The notes beneath the pieces were generated by a model. That model had not been told where the DNA came from. It did not search any database and saw only the letters and a list, made by a program, of their open reading frames with translations. Shown one piece after another: positions 13,295-27,360 of a DNA stretch of 64,000 bases (position 1 is its first letter; each line of letters opens with the position of its first letter). Location of the stretch: NCBI RefSeq assembly GCF_009914755.1, contig NC_060947.1; one strand, written 5' to 3'. Source of the DNA: the human T2T-CHM13v2.0 reference genome, Homo sapiens. The translations under genes were made by a program, and so were the position numbers.

Positions 13295-14357
13295 GAATGA
13301 ATCACATACCAATTTTTTTGCTCTTAATTGCATTTTTGAACAGAAAAACAGTTTCCCCTGCAATCAAATGCAAACAGTTCCTGAGCCCCTAATGGACGAG
13401 CGTCCTCAGCTCCCACCTGCACTATAAATTTGCGTTAATCTTCCAGTTAACTTCAGAACTGCTGCTGTCTCTCTATGTTCCTTCTGCCTCAAGACATATA
13501 GGAAATGTTGGCCTTTCCCTTTCAAAAGAACAAAACAGTTGAATAACCTACTACAGTCTTCTGTGCAAAGTTAGCTTCAAAAATTATCAAGAATGTTTTC
13601 TCCAAACATTCACAAAGTTTACAGAGTTTTCCCTTTTACTCAGGATTTCAGCCCCTTTGTTGCTCTTGGCTCTCACAGCACCAAGATCGTCTGTCCACTC
13701 GTTCATTGGGCAGATGTTTATTGAATACCTGTGTGTGCCAGGCCCTGGGCCCTGAAGTCAGGGCCATAAACACAGAGCACAGTCCTAAGGGCAAACGATT
13801 TTCTCAACAGGGATTTGAGGCCTGTGAGGTTTGAACAAATGAGCCTCGTGAGTGCCAGTTCTGGACACTCGGCCTGACTTATCGGACATTTCGCAGATTC
13901 CTAAGATTTTAGAATTGGGAGAGAATCTTTGAGATTTGCTTGTAGCCCTTACATTTTCTAGACAAGGCAGAAAGAAGTCCAGTGGGATGAGGCAGTGCTG
14001 GTGCTGGCACCGCCTCACCCTGGCACTTGCATCGCCTGGAAACAAGGCAGAGCCCACTGGGGCCCCCAGGGTCCAAAGCCTCCAGGTACATGTCTGAGTT
14101 CTAGCATTGGAGTTGCCGCTCTCACCCTTGCCAGTTGCTTTGGCATGAAGCTTGATGGTACCAGTGTGTTTCTGTCTTCACAGCTTGTGGCCCTGGCCCT
14201 GAGACCTGAGGCTTGGATGGCACTCCCACTTCTTGCTTTAATTCTTCCCTGGAGAGTTCTCACCTTCCCTGCTTTCCAAGTCCAGCTGAGATGGGCAACC
14301 AAAATTTCCCAAGGGAGAAAATAGCTGAAAATAGAAGTAGAACATGAAAGAGGATGG

Positions 14358-14696
<339 letters not shown>

Positions 14697-14699
14697 GAG

Positions 14700-14930
14700 A
14701 ATGTTTTTCAATTTGGGCTTGTTCAGTGGTTTTCACATGATTGGACTGGGGTGGTAGGTTTTGAGGAACGAGACCCCAGAGGTGAAGCGCCCTTCTCACC
14801 ACATCATATCAAGGGTAGGTACTGTCAACCTGACTCACCACTGTTGCTGTTGACCTTGACCACTGGGTTTAGGTCATGGGTGTTGGGTTGCGATTAATGT
14901 TTTTCCCTTTCCATGTAGTATTCTTTCAAA
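14700..14930 (-). mobile_element. L1MC-type 3' fragment
   Basis: cagaggtgaagcgcccttctcaccacatcatatcaaggg...gttgaccttgaccac. Confidence 0.65.
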
Positions 14931-15897
14931 ATCCCCACTCGGGTGGAGGAGGGGTGTTAAGCATCTCTTCCTGGAGGTTGTTTATTTCGGTTTTATGTTA
15001 AAATATATCAGTGCAGATCCATTCACCCATCTCTTGATAGAAGGAGTAGGATTTTTCTTGGGACAGGGATCCTTTATTCCTAGTTTGGAGTCAGCTTCCC
15101 CCATTCCGGATGGTGCAGCCTCTACAATGTTTGTCTCTTTGAAGCGGAGTGGGAATTGAAAGAGATTTATGAAACCATCTCGGTATAGAATCTATCTAGG
15201 ATTTTATTTTCTTTTCCCAAATCCCTTGAGGCAATCTGTCTTGGTTAAGTCTCTAAAAAAGCAGTCAAAGTGGTTTTTGTCGAAAAAATAATTTGGGGGT
15301 ACTCCTAGTTCACCATTTTATATAATATTCAATTACTTTTCGTAAATGCAATAACAAGGCCAACTGACATAAGCGAGTTTGAAGCAGTCAGCAGTTTGGG
15401 TGTTTCAGACCCAGGTAGGCAGCTGAGGTGGGAGATCCCAGGGGAAGCTCAGGGAGCAGCTGCCCGCCTTGGTCAGTTCAGCCAGGTTAAGTGGAGGCCT
15501 TGGGAAGAGAGTTTCTCCTCTTGAGTATTTTTAGAAGCAGCAGATATCAGCCATAAATATTTAATGTTGTGTTTCTAAACTTTAGCGTCATAAAAATACA
15601 AAAAGGTGACTGGGCGGGGGTTGGTCAGTATATACCTAGGGGAGAAAAGAACTTCCTCAACACATCACACTGCATAAGGAAAACCGTCTTAAACGTTCTT
15701 AGAAGAAAAGTCAGTAGGTAAACAGCTATCGTGTAATCTGATGAATACCCACCGGAGGAAGTATTAGTAATTATTCTTTGCTTGCCAGGGTTTTCATAAT
15801 TCTTTTCCAATTATAAAAATTAATATGCTGTAAGCAGTTTTTAAAAATAAAAGTAAGCATGAAAAGAAAAACATCTATAAACCCACCCCTAGAAGTT

Positions 15898-15932
15898 TTG
15901 CCCCAGCATTTTGGTGGTGTGTTTTCTTCCAG

Positions 15933-15979
<47 letters not shown>

Positions 15980-16037
15980 GCCCCAGCATTTTGGTGTGTT
16001 TTCTTCCAGGTAGGGGTGTGTGTGTGTGTGTGTGTGT
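15898..16037 (+). repeat. Tandem duplication of ttgccccagcattttggt...ttttcttccag followed by (GT)22 and (GT)11
   Basis: Units start near 15898 and 15978; GT runs at 15935-15978 and 16016-16037. Confidence 0.92.
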
Positions 16038-18967
16038 CCTGCTGTATTCTGAGCTTTGTAGTATGCCCCTTCCACTTGACCTTCTCCAGGAAGCATTTGA
16101 TCATCCAGCAACATCGATTGAAAATGTTTGTATGCATCTCTTTCATGAAGTACATGTTCCATCATTTATATCACATGTGTTGCTGGAGATTTCAATTGCT
16201 TCCATTTTCCTTTAGGATAAATTGCTGGAAATAGAACTGGAGGGCTCTTGAGACCGATTACCATATTGCTTTCCTGAGAGGCTGTGCGGGTTGCGTGGCA
16301 GTGAGGAGGGACGGGGGTAAGTGGAGGGGCTGGGGCACAGGCCTCTCCAACACTTCATGTGAACATGGTCAGCTGAGCCAGGAATGCGTGACATCTTTAT
16401 TTTTCCCCTTGCATTTCTTTAATTCCTAACGAGGTGGAATATTTGATCACATTTGTCAGCTATTTGCATTTCTTTTTCCATGTATTAGACCTAAGCCTCT
16501 TTGAAAGGTGTTATCTCAGGTTCTTTCCAATATTGCACTTTCTGAGTTTCTCTTGAATCCCAGTTATTTTAAGGATTGCAGTGTTGGAGTTTCAGCTGAA
16601 GGGGCCATGTCTGATGTTTGCTGGTCCATTAGCCTCCTGGCCTGAGCCAAACCATGCATCTTCATGTCAGAGCTGCATATGAAACAAGAGCTAAGTCCAG
16701 AAAGCAAGAAGAAGCTAGCAGATTGATTTTCCGAGGTGGGGCCTACCAGGGCACTTCTGTTGTTGACTGTACCACTCTCTCCTGAAGGGCCCTGGTTGTG
16801 TACTGCAGTTGGGACTGCTGACGTGTTGGGGTGTTACAAGAGCATGCGGAGGCTGCTCCTCTCCTGTTTCCTGGTGTGCTGATCAAAAGACTTTTTATAG
16901 AATGACAGTTGTAGGAAAAGCACAGATTCTTATGTTAGCCAATAACGGATTATTTTTTAATGTTATTATAAATTGGCAAGCTTACTAATTTGTTTCTACT
17001 TGTCATTAGCCAAAGTTCAGTGTTTCCCAAGGATATATGTGAATGTGTGTCTGTGTGTGACATCTGTTGTATTTTTCACATGAATTAATTGAGTATCTAT
17101 TATGTGGCAAGCTCTGTGCTGTCTTTGAAGCACTGAACTGTCTTATGATACACACAGGATGAGGACAGGATCATTTTCTATATTTCTGTGAAGTCCTTTT
17201 TCAAATTCCCATTCTTTTGCTGCTTCTGCATCTCCTTTGACTGCTTTAGGGCATCCCAGGTAGAAAGCTTACCTAATGTCAACTCCAGTTCTTTCTTTTG
17301 TAGTCTTCGTTTTAAGCATGATTTCTGTTTTTCTTTTTCCCTTTAAAGAAAGCTTCTCAAACTTTGAAATGAAAACAAATGAAAGGAGAGGGAAAAGATT
17401 CAGAAATTATTGATAGATTGCTAAAAACAAATGCTATGATAATTTTGGGTCGGAGCATCTGTCGTTTTACAGCACAACAGATTTAGCTTCTTAATGATGT
17501 TTGTATGTTTTTCCTCAAAAGTGTATTGACTAGGTAGGAGTTGAGCCAAGCCTTGAATGAATCATTTCCTGCCAAATTCAATAGACTGAGCAAATCCTCG
17601 GAGAAATGGCCATATTTCTCTAACACTGGGTTCCTTTCAGGGCTCAAGATTCCATTTTCTCTCAATACTTTGCTCCTACAGACTAGGAGTCCTCTTCATG
17701 CTACAGTATGCAGTGTGTATGGAAACTGAATGGAGAAGCAGCCGTTCATGCTGCCAAGTTTCTTTCAGAAGGTGGCTCCAGGTGGATGACTTTCAGTCTG
17801 AACTCAGTGTCACCAGGCATGTGTGTGCCCACACACTGCCACTTTAAGCTGTGGACAAACAGAACGGATATTCTCCCACCAAAATAAACATACAAGCAAA
17901 ACACTCTGTCTTCATTCAGCATCATTTGCATCCTATAAAATAATGGTTTCTCCTTGATGCCCACCTTTCTTATGGGTGGTTCTTAATTAGTTCCAAACAG
18001 AACTTAACGTGGCCATGATATTCCACTTGCTAAAACAAGGGCAGTCGAGTGTTCGATTTGCCATCATTGATTAGACGCATGCAGTCACCCAGTGCTGTTT
18101 GCCCAAGCATCTGTAGGCGGGGATTCCCCAGTGCTGATTCCCCAATGCTTGTAAGGGGCAGGACTTAATTAAATCTTAAAGTGACAGCTGAAAATGTAAG
18201 GGTCAGGAAGTCATGTCTAAAAGGGGATTTAGTATAACAATAATAACAGCAGTGACTAAGACTAATCCTGGCTCAGGCATTTTGTTTGGGGTCACCTGGT
18301 CTTAATTAGCAGCACTCTGGGATTTGAGTGGCGCTGTGCTGTTGCCCACAAAGCCCATCAGTGGCACCATTGCCTGTGTCTTTCGGGGCAGTCTGTTAGG
18401 GAGGGGGTGGCACAGGTGTTGGCACGGCCATCCCCATTTTATATGTGAGGGAACCTCAGCCAGGCAGGATCCTTGCCTGGATGCTCTGTGGGGAGCCCTG
18501 TGAGTTTGTAACCCTCCGTGCAGCCTGCCAGGTCAGCGGCCCCAAAATGGAGAGATACAGAGGGCACCAAATTGTAAGGCAGAGCGTTGGCTAGTGACAC
18601 AAGCTGCCTTTCGATCGCCTGGGCGTTCTGAAGCCCGCAAACATTCGCCTGGACCTTGGTCAGGTGTCTCACAGAACCTACAGTAATTCACTGTTAAGAA
18701 TAACTTCAAACACAGAAAATCGCTTTTTGTTTCCTAGAGAAGGCTAGTCTTCAGCGAGAACAACTTGTGATTTTTAATCTGTTTCACACTGGTCGGGGAG
18801 GGGGGAAGAAAAGATGTTATGGGCATATAATTAAAAATTTGTCGGCAGATACAATTACAGGAAGAATCATGTGGCCTAAAAAACTGAAAGCCTCCATATG
18901 CCTCTTCATCTTGCCAGCTACAGTCCACAAATTGTAGAGCCTGCGGGCACTGTGGAAGCCAGCTAGA

Positions 18968-19270
18968 TTTGCTCTATCCAGTAGCAGCAGATTGAGAGCC
19001 ATACATGGAATTTATACTTTTCTAGCAGCCACAGGAAAAGAGTACAAAGAAGCAGGTAAAATTTATATTACAACATCTTTTTTACTGTGTATTAAATTAT
19101 TATTGTAATACCTATTTTAATATATAATAATGCCATAATATATTTTATTTAACCCAACGTATCCAAAATGGCATCATTTCTACAAGCGATTCCTATTTTA
19201 AAAATTATCCGCAAGATATTTTATGTTCTTTCTTTTTTGTACAAAGTCTGCAAAATCCAGTGTGTTCTTT
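18968..19270 (+). mobile_element. MER33 (hAT-Charlie)
   Basis: ttttctagcagccaca...tattttatttaacccaacgtatccaaaat...aaatccagtgtgt. Confidence 0.75.
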
Positions 19271-19332
19271 GGTCAGTGATGTCTGAGATCCCAAGTTCCA
19301 ATGTCTGTCTGAAATTATGAAAATCAAGTCAT

Positions 19333-19653
19333 GGGAGATGGATACCCTATTCCCTACGATCCACTTATTTCACATTGCATGCCTGTATCAAAACATCTCA
19401 TGTACTCCATAAATATATACACTTACTATGTAACCGCAAAAATTTTAAGAATATACAAAAAATTTTAAAAACTGAATTAAAGAGCATTGTAGATAATTGT
19501 ATTTTTCAAAAAATAAGTAAAATATCTGGTATATAACAGTTAAAAAAAAAACTGTATTATCAACTCTGTGACCTTAGAACTACCTTTTTACATTTTCAAA
19601 GATTAACTCTCCTTAAAAAAATAAATGTACAAATTATTACCAAAAAAAAAAAA
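19333..19653 (+). mobile_element. TSD-flanked retroposed insertion: L1MA-type 3' end, unique sequence, AATAAA, A12
   Basis: 14-bp direct repeat gaaaatcaagtcat at 19319-19332 and 19654-19667; cacattgcatgcctgtatcaaaacatctcatgtac matches the L1MA 3' end; AATAAA 19620-19625; A12 19642-19653. Confidence 0.85.
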
Positions 19654-20129
19654 GAAAATCAAGTCATAATGTGAAAAATAATTTTTAAGCTGAAAGTTAC
19701 ACTGTTTCTAGGAGTTTTAAACTAGGATAGTTTGTGGTTATTAATCTGTTTGGAAGTAGTCCAGAAAAAAATGCTATGGGTCAATAACTTGAAAATGTGC
19801 ATGTGGACTACTTAAAGAGGAATCGTGTGGCCTAAAAAGTCCCTGTTATCCCTCCACCCTGCAGACTCCAATAGGAGAATTTCCGCTGCTGCAGACTCTC
19901 CTTGGTGGCCAAGCTGCCCAGCACTCTCCCGTCCCACCAATGGTGTGACTCCTATCACTGAGAAACAGACCCCTTACCATTTCATTTCCTTTTAATTAAT
20001 TTAAATTTAAAAATCAACACTTCCTTGGTTACTGGAATGTTGGGAACCATGTGGGTGTGTGCATCTATATTTTCCAGGGTCTATTTTGTTACCTATAATA
20101 CCAGTCATGTATTTCCAATGAAAATTTAA

Positions 20130-20677
<548 letters not shown>

Positions 20678-20888
20678 CTAGACCACAGTTGTCATGTAAC
20701 AAAGGAAGGAGAGTTTGAAATTACAGGCTCACAGTTAATGATAAAATTCCAACCTAAACCCAAGACCAGACATTCCAAACACTCAAGTGAGTCAATCTGA
20801 TGATTTGTAAGGCTTAATGTTGAACCGTCTTCAAATGTGATGACCTCATCCTAACTCTTTCCAAGCTCCCACTTTGGGTATATCAAGA

Positions 20889-21182
20889 GGCTGAATGTGG
20901 TGGCTCACATCTGTAATCTCAGCACTTTGGGAGGCTGAGTCAGGAGGATTGCTTGAGGCCAGGCATTTGAGACCAGCCTGGGCAACACAGCAAGACCCCA
21001 TCTCTACAAAAAAAATTAGCCGGATGTGTTGATGCACACCTGTAGTCCTGGCTACTCATGATGCTTGGGTTGGAGGATCATTGAGTCCAGGAATTTGAGG
21101 CTGCAGCGAGCCAGGATCATGCCACTGCACTCTAGCCTGGGAGACAGAGCAAGACCTTGTCTCAAGAAAACAAAACAAAAAA
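20889..21182 (+). mobile_element. AluJ
   Basis: Dimeric Alu with J-type ggaggattgcttgagg. Confidence 0.92.
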
Positions 21183-21259
21183 TGAATTGGCCAAGAGAAG
21201 TCAAGGCTCATCTGACTTGGAAGGGAGCCAGGTTCTCAGTCTATACTGCTTTTCTCATC

Positions 21260-21400
21260 CTGGCAGCATCCCCATGAGATAAAAATGATTATTCCCATTG
21301 TACACTTAAGGTAAAAGGTCTCAAACAGATGAAATAATTGCACCATGACTATAGAAACTAGTAAGAGTCAGCGCCTGAAATTAAGCCCAGGGCTGTCTCC
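21260..21400 (-). mobile_element. MIR fragment
   Basis: attattcccattgtacact...ctagtaagagtcagcgcctgaaattaagcccagg. Confidence 0.55.
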
Positions 21401-21564
21401 TTTGACACTGGCCAAAAAGCAGAAACCTCTTTTGATGAAGGGGCTTACTTCAAGCTTTGTTTATGTGATGAAAACACCCCAGGGCTCCAGAAACTTAACA
21501 TTTGGTTCCACATCCAGAAAAGTAAATTTACAAAATGGTACTGCAAGTGATAATTCTCGTTGAC

Positions 21565-21734
21565 CTGGGATTGCTAGGGTATAAGCATTCTGGGAATACC
21601 TGGGTTTCTGATCAGGAAGTCATTCGCAGCTATAATGGTGATCCTCAGTCACCGGGACTCTGGGATTGCTAGGGTACAAGCACTCTGGGGTTACCTGGGT
21701 TCCTGACCAGGACATCACTCGCAGCTATAGATGG
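21565..21734. repeat. Diverged tandem duplication, 95-bp period
   Basis: ctgggattgctagggta(t/c)aagca...cctgggtt...tcgcagctata at 21565 and 21660. Confidence 0.88.
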
Positions 21735-24489
21735 AATGCTTTACCCCTTTTCTCCTGTGTTATATGACATCGGTTAGCACCTTTTAACCTTTTTAGAAGA
21801 TAGGTTGGAAGTTGAGTTAGATAAATCAACAGGTAGCTGATGGCCTAGAATATAACTTTCTGTAGCTTTCAAAGTGAGGATGAGGGGCATCTTGTTCCCT
21901 AAACTGCTTCCTCATGATGGGGAACCTCAGCATTGTCTTGCCTTGTGTCTGAGTACCCATGTAAAATTCAGTATTTCATTCTTAAAAGATAAAGGGGAAG
22001 AAGGAATAACAATAGACAAAGAGATTCCACCCTAGTCCCCATCCTCATTCTGGTGAAAAGTTGTCATTACTAAGACAATCACACACTCGATGGAGAATTG
22101 TAGGCTGTGGACAACAGAGCCATAGATGGTGTACTAATAGCTGCTACAAAGGACGCCTCTGTCCTACCTTTCATGCCCAGCTTTGAGTATATCCTGTCTC
22201 TTGCTCATTACCGATGCTGAGTTTTAGCCCTGTAACCAGAGTCCTCTTTCTTTTTCCACAGATGGGACTATGAACTGTGTTTTAATGATTAGAGGGAGTA
22301 GTGAAGATTTTCACTGTGAACATTTTCACCCCCTTTCCCATCCTTGGCCAGAGATGATCTCACATGGTCTTGGCAGGTATCTTTTTACAGGAGTGCATGT
22401 TGTTTATCTTGGGAGCTTTTTGCACAGGGAAGGCCTTTGTCTTCCAGCTCTGTGAATCCTTCTTCACTGCGTAGCACCTTGCAGAACATTTGCACATATT
22501 AGGCTCTTGGTGAACACTTAGAATCCTCAGTCATTTGCATTCACGTCATGTTTCCATAACACATTGAATGAACCAGCAAGTATTTATTGAACATTTACTA
22601 TGTGAAACACAGGGAAGACAGCCATGAACAGACCAGACACAAATCTTACGTGCTACTGGATAAAAATGTACCCCACGGATGACACTTTGGGTATTATGAT
22701 GCCAACAATGAGAACATATTAAATCACTTTGGTATTTGCATTAGATTGTGTCCTGTAAGTTTCAGATTGGTGTATTTGCCAAAGAACAATTGTGTGTACC
22801 CCCCACCCACCAGAAAAGAATACAGTAAAAGTGCTAAACTATTGAATATTTTTAAATGGTATTATATTTGAAACGTGTGTTTGTAATTTTGAGCCATGTA
22901 ATTAGAAATCTAGGGTTTATTTAAATTCTTGTTTGTTTTAGAGAAATATGTAAAGCCACATTTCCCTTTATATAAAGTACTTGGTTGAAAAAACAATTTT
23001 TTTCTAAAGAAAAAAAACACTCTTTAGTGTACTTTTGCCAATTAAAAGACAGTACAGAGAAATTGATTCCTCCTGGAGTTTGTGTAGAAATTAGAAAACA
23101 TAATGCTTTTCCCTAGGCATGAACTCACTTAAAACTACTGAGAAGCTTATACTCACGCAGGTTGAATGGAGTGAATAGTGGTTTAGAGAATTGAGCTGAT
23201 TAATAAGAAGTCCCTGATTTTCTTTTAATAACACGTTCTGACCCAATAAGGAAAATTTGCACTATGTTTTCCTACAGCGATGGTGCTGTTAAAACTTATG
23301 CAAATGGGACAACTTTATTATTACTAAGCCTTTTACAGTATGTTGCTTTCCAGGGAGCTTTGTAAATCATTATAATTGTGTTTCCTCAGTGTGTGGGTTC
23401 TGAATGCTCCTGTTGTCCTGTGAGGTGAATTTCCATTTGGTGAAGATGATACTGTTAAATGGAGGTTTCTACCCCATAGAAATTAAGAAGAGATAAATGC
23501 AGACAGACCCAGCCCTTGGAAATTCTGCTTTGTGATGAATTATTTCCTTATACTTATGGTGAACTTTTTTACCCGTGATGTGCACAGGGGCCCAGAATCA
23601 TATATGACAAGTCCTTCCATGTGGACTACATCCATATGACACCATGTTCACTAGTTGGAGCCTTGGAAATCCAGTGGGAATGGTGAGATAGTGTGAACAG
23701 CTCCAAGGCACCGTGTTTTTAATGTAACCCATTCGTTTCTGGCTGAATAGGCTAGTTGTTGATGTGGTGGGCATTATGAGATAGTGTTAATGGTTGGGCC
23801 ACGGCATTTCAAAGAGATGCCTTATAAGTCCTGAGCCCATTGTGCGTCTCTGATCATTTTGGTCTTCATTTGCTCCCCTTGCCCACCGTCCTTCCACAGA
23901 GCATTCTCTGGAAGCGCTCAGGGAGCAGAACAGGGCAGGCCCACGTAGAAAATGGTCTCTTGAGAGTAGAAGGTCAGGTTCGCTGAGATCTCTGACTCAG
24001 ACCACCCGTACCCATGCTTTTTGTTGTGATGGAGAAGGTGCTCTCATATATACACATTTGTGTAGTAATTACTGCATATTGATAGCAATGTTACTGCACC
24101 TGTTAATTAATATAACCAAATGGCATAGCTACAGTGTTTTATTCTAGTTCAATTTAGGAGAGTATATTTGTTCTCAATGGGAATTGATCTGGGGAGACCC
24201 AGAGAGTGGGGACATGAGGGTTATTTGTGGAGGGGATGACACAGTAGCTTCAGAAAACAGAAACATTAATGCATTAGACTGCTGACCTGTGGGGTCACAC
24301 TTCCTTCAGTGATGCCCATAAGAGTCTTGGAGTGCCGGAAAGTATAAGCAACGCTGAGTTCCTGCCAGTATCACAAAGGTGTGTTTTGGATAAGAGAGGA
24401 GCCAGAAAGATTACACTTGTGTAGAAAGTGAAAACTGAGTTTGAGGGAACAGACACATTCTCATGGCAATAAGGTGGGTAGAATGGGCC

Positions 24490-24706
24490 GCTCAGCCTCT
24501 GCACTGTGGTCAGCTGGAGCTGGAAGATGGTTGTGGTGGGGCTGCCGTGTGCACGGTGGGAGGTTTAGCAGCATCCCGGGACCCAGGAGATACCAGTAGC
24601 ACCGCCTCCCCCAGTTGTGGCAACTGAAAATGTCTCCAGATATTGCCAGATGTCCCAGGATGCCATAGGGGGAGCATGCAGTATCATTGCCTGTTGAGAA
24701 CCTCTG
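24490..24706 (-). mobile_element. MER20
   Basis: gtttagcagcatcccgg...ccagtagcacc...aaaatgtctccagatattgccagatgtccc...gttgagaacctctg. Confidence 0.85.
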
Positions 24707-24788
24707 GAATAAATAGGTAAATGCATACAAATATAAGGATCTTAGTCTTGCATTGGGAGGCGGCGTCTGACATGTAAAGACACCACTA

Positions 24789-25410
<622 letters not shown>

Positions 25411-26959
25411 TTATTAGCTAGTTAATCTAGTCAGTGGAATGGAGTATTATTTCCAGAGTTCCACTTCATATTCCTTGGTAATATTGAGACGCTGGTTGTA
25501 GTGAAAATACTCTTAATTAAGGCATGTTGTAGGTTCAGAGTTTAGATGGCTGAATTTCATGAAGGGTCTTCAAAGCATTGGGGGTGTTTGGTGTACGGTA
25601 GTGATTTTCTTGTGTTCATTTGACATTTTAAAGTGATAGACGTTTAACCTTGGGCTTTCTCAGGACTCTAGAATATGAATGATCACTGTTAACTGTTTAG
25701 AAACTCATGATGTAAGCCCATATGACTTATGGATTTATGCACATTCTAAACAGATAAGCATCATACAAATATAACTTGAGTTTTCTATGAAAGGACAGTG
25801 AGACACCACCCCCCGCAAGTCTGGCCTGAACATTGGTGGACTGGGAATCATAAAAACTGATACATACATGTCTTACTTTGTGTTTGTTTGTTCTAAGCGA
25901 AAGCATGTGAATATGCAGTCATCTGCCAATACTTTGTGGGCCAGCCCAGGCCTCTGCTCTGAGGATGGCCCACAGCCTGGAGTGCCCCAGTGATCCCAGC
26001 ACTGTCCACACCCGCGGTGCATCCCTCCTGGCTTCTAGTTTCCAGTTAACTTAAGCAAAGCTGCACAGACATCTCACTGTACATCTCTCTAGATTTATAC
26101 CTCCCCTCTCTACCTTCCCGGTCTTGCTGCCCACACCTGTCCTCAAGTAAAAACTGATTCACACTTACCCTGTCTCTCATACATTCAATGTTATTTTCAT
26201 TTTGAAAAAAGGCTGTGACCCTGTGTGTACTCGTACTTCATCCGTCTGTGTAATATTTAAAGTTTGTAGTTAAAATAGTGAGGACACTGAGTGAAATGGG
26301 GCTGGGAGCAGACTTGGATCGGCTTTGGGAGATGGTGTAGGCAGCGATGGGGACAGGTGGAGGTGCGGACCGGAGTGCCGCCTTCTAGCTGCGAGCTTAC
26401 ATCCTCATGCTTGGGTGTCTGTCCTTCAGTTTCTTCTCCAGTGCCACGTCACCCACCTGAGCTGCCTCAGGTTTGCTCCCTGCTGCTGTGCACACGTAAA
26501 TCAGTGTCTGGCGGGAAACAGGCAGACGCCTTTACAAGAACTAGTTGCCATTTATCTTTTTATTGTTAGACCTCCCAGTAATGTGTGAAGTCTAGTAATT
26601 GCCTGTGTGTCAGACTAACTCAGTTGTAAGCTCTACATTATGGTGCTATTAATCTCTTCAATGTAGGCAAAATGGGGACAGTGGCTCCCACAGCAAGCCC
26701 ATCTGCTCTACCCATGTAAGTTGGGAGGGATGTGGTACCGTGTGGCTTCTACTTCTCCATCCACTTTACGGTTGATGTTCATGCTTATTGTAAAAGCCCT
26801 GCAAGACCTAGAGATGCCGTGAGTCCTCACGAAGGAAAATGCAGTGTTCCGTGGGGTTGTGCTGTCCACTACAGGCTCTTGACTTCTGAACTTTCTGAAG
26901 TTTGTATATTTATCCGGGAACTCATACTTACCAAGCTGTATTTTAAGTTTCTTTCCTGA

Positions 26960-27360
26960 GTCAGGCACCCTCCAAGCTAAGTGCTGTGGCTGCAGAGGCC
27001 CCTGCCCTGATGGAGCTTGCCTGTTACTTGGGAGACTTGTAGCAAACAGAGGAACAAAGAAACAAAATAATCTGATGACAGTAACACATCCTGTGACAGA
27101 GACGAACAAGGTGACATGGGTTGGAGGGGTTTGCACATTAGAGGTAAGAAGACTCCTGTGAGGAAGAGATGGATGAACCGAAGTGTGTAAGATGCAGCCG
27201 GAAGAGCCAGGAGAAGAGAGTTTCAGGTGGAGAGGCCAGCACATGCGAAGGCCAGGCACCCAGGAAACTGAGGGAAAACACAGGCCAGGCCAGCATGGTG
27301 GAGCGAGTGACCAACAGAGCAGAGGTGTGCACGGTGAACAAAGCCTACAGTGCTTTGCCG
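26960..27360 (-). mobile_element. L2 fragment
   Basis: cctgccctgatggagctt...agagtttcaggtggagaggccagcacatgcgaaggcc; highly diverged. Confidence 0.5.

Noticed and set aside
16104-16187. 10-bp inverted repeat tccagcaaca/tgttgctgga, possible pre-miRNA
   Set aside because: Pairing beyond 10 bp is poor and the region looks like decayed L1-type sequence.
15771-16234. Overlapping ORFs with HTHT/VCVC runs
   Set aside because: Translations of the (GT)n microsatellites.
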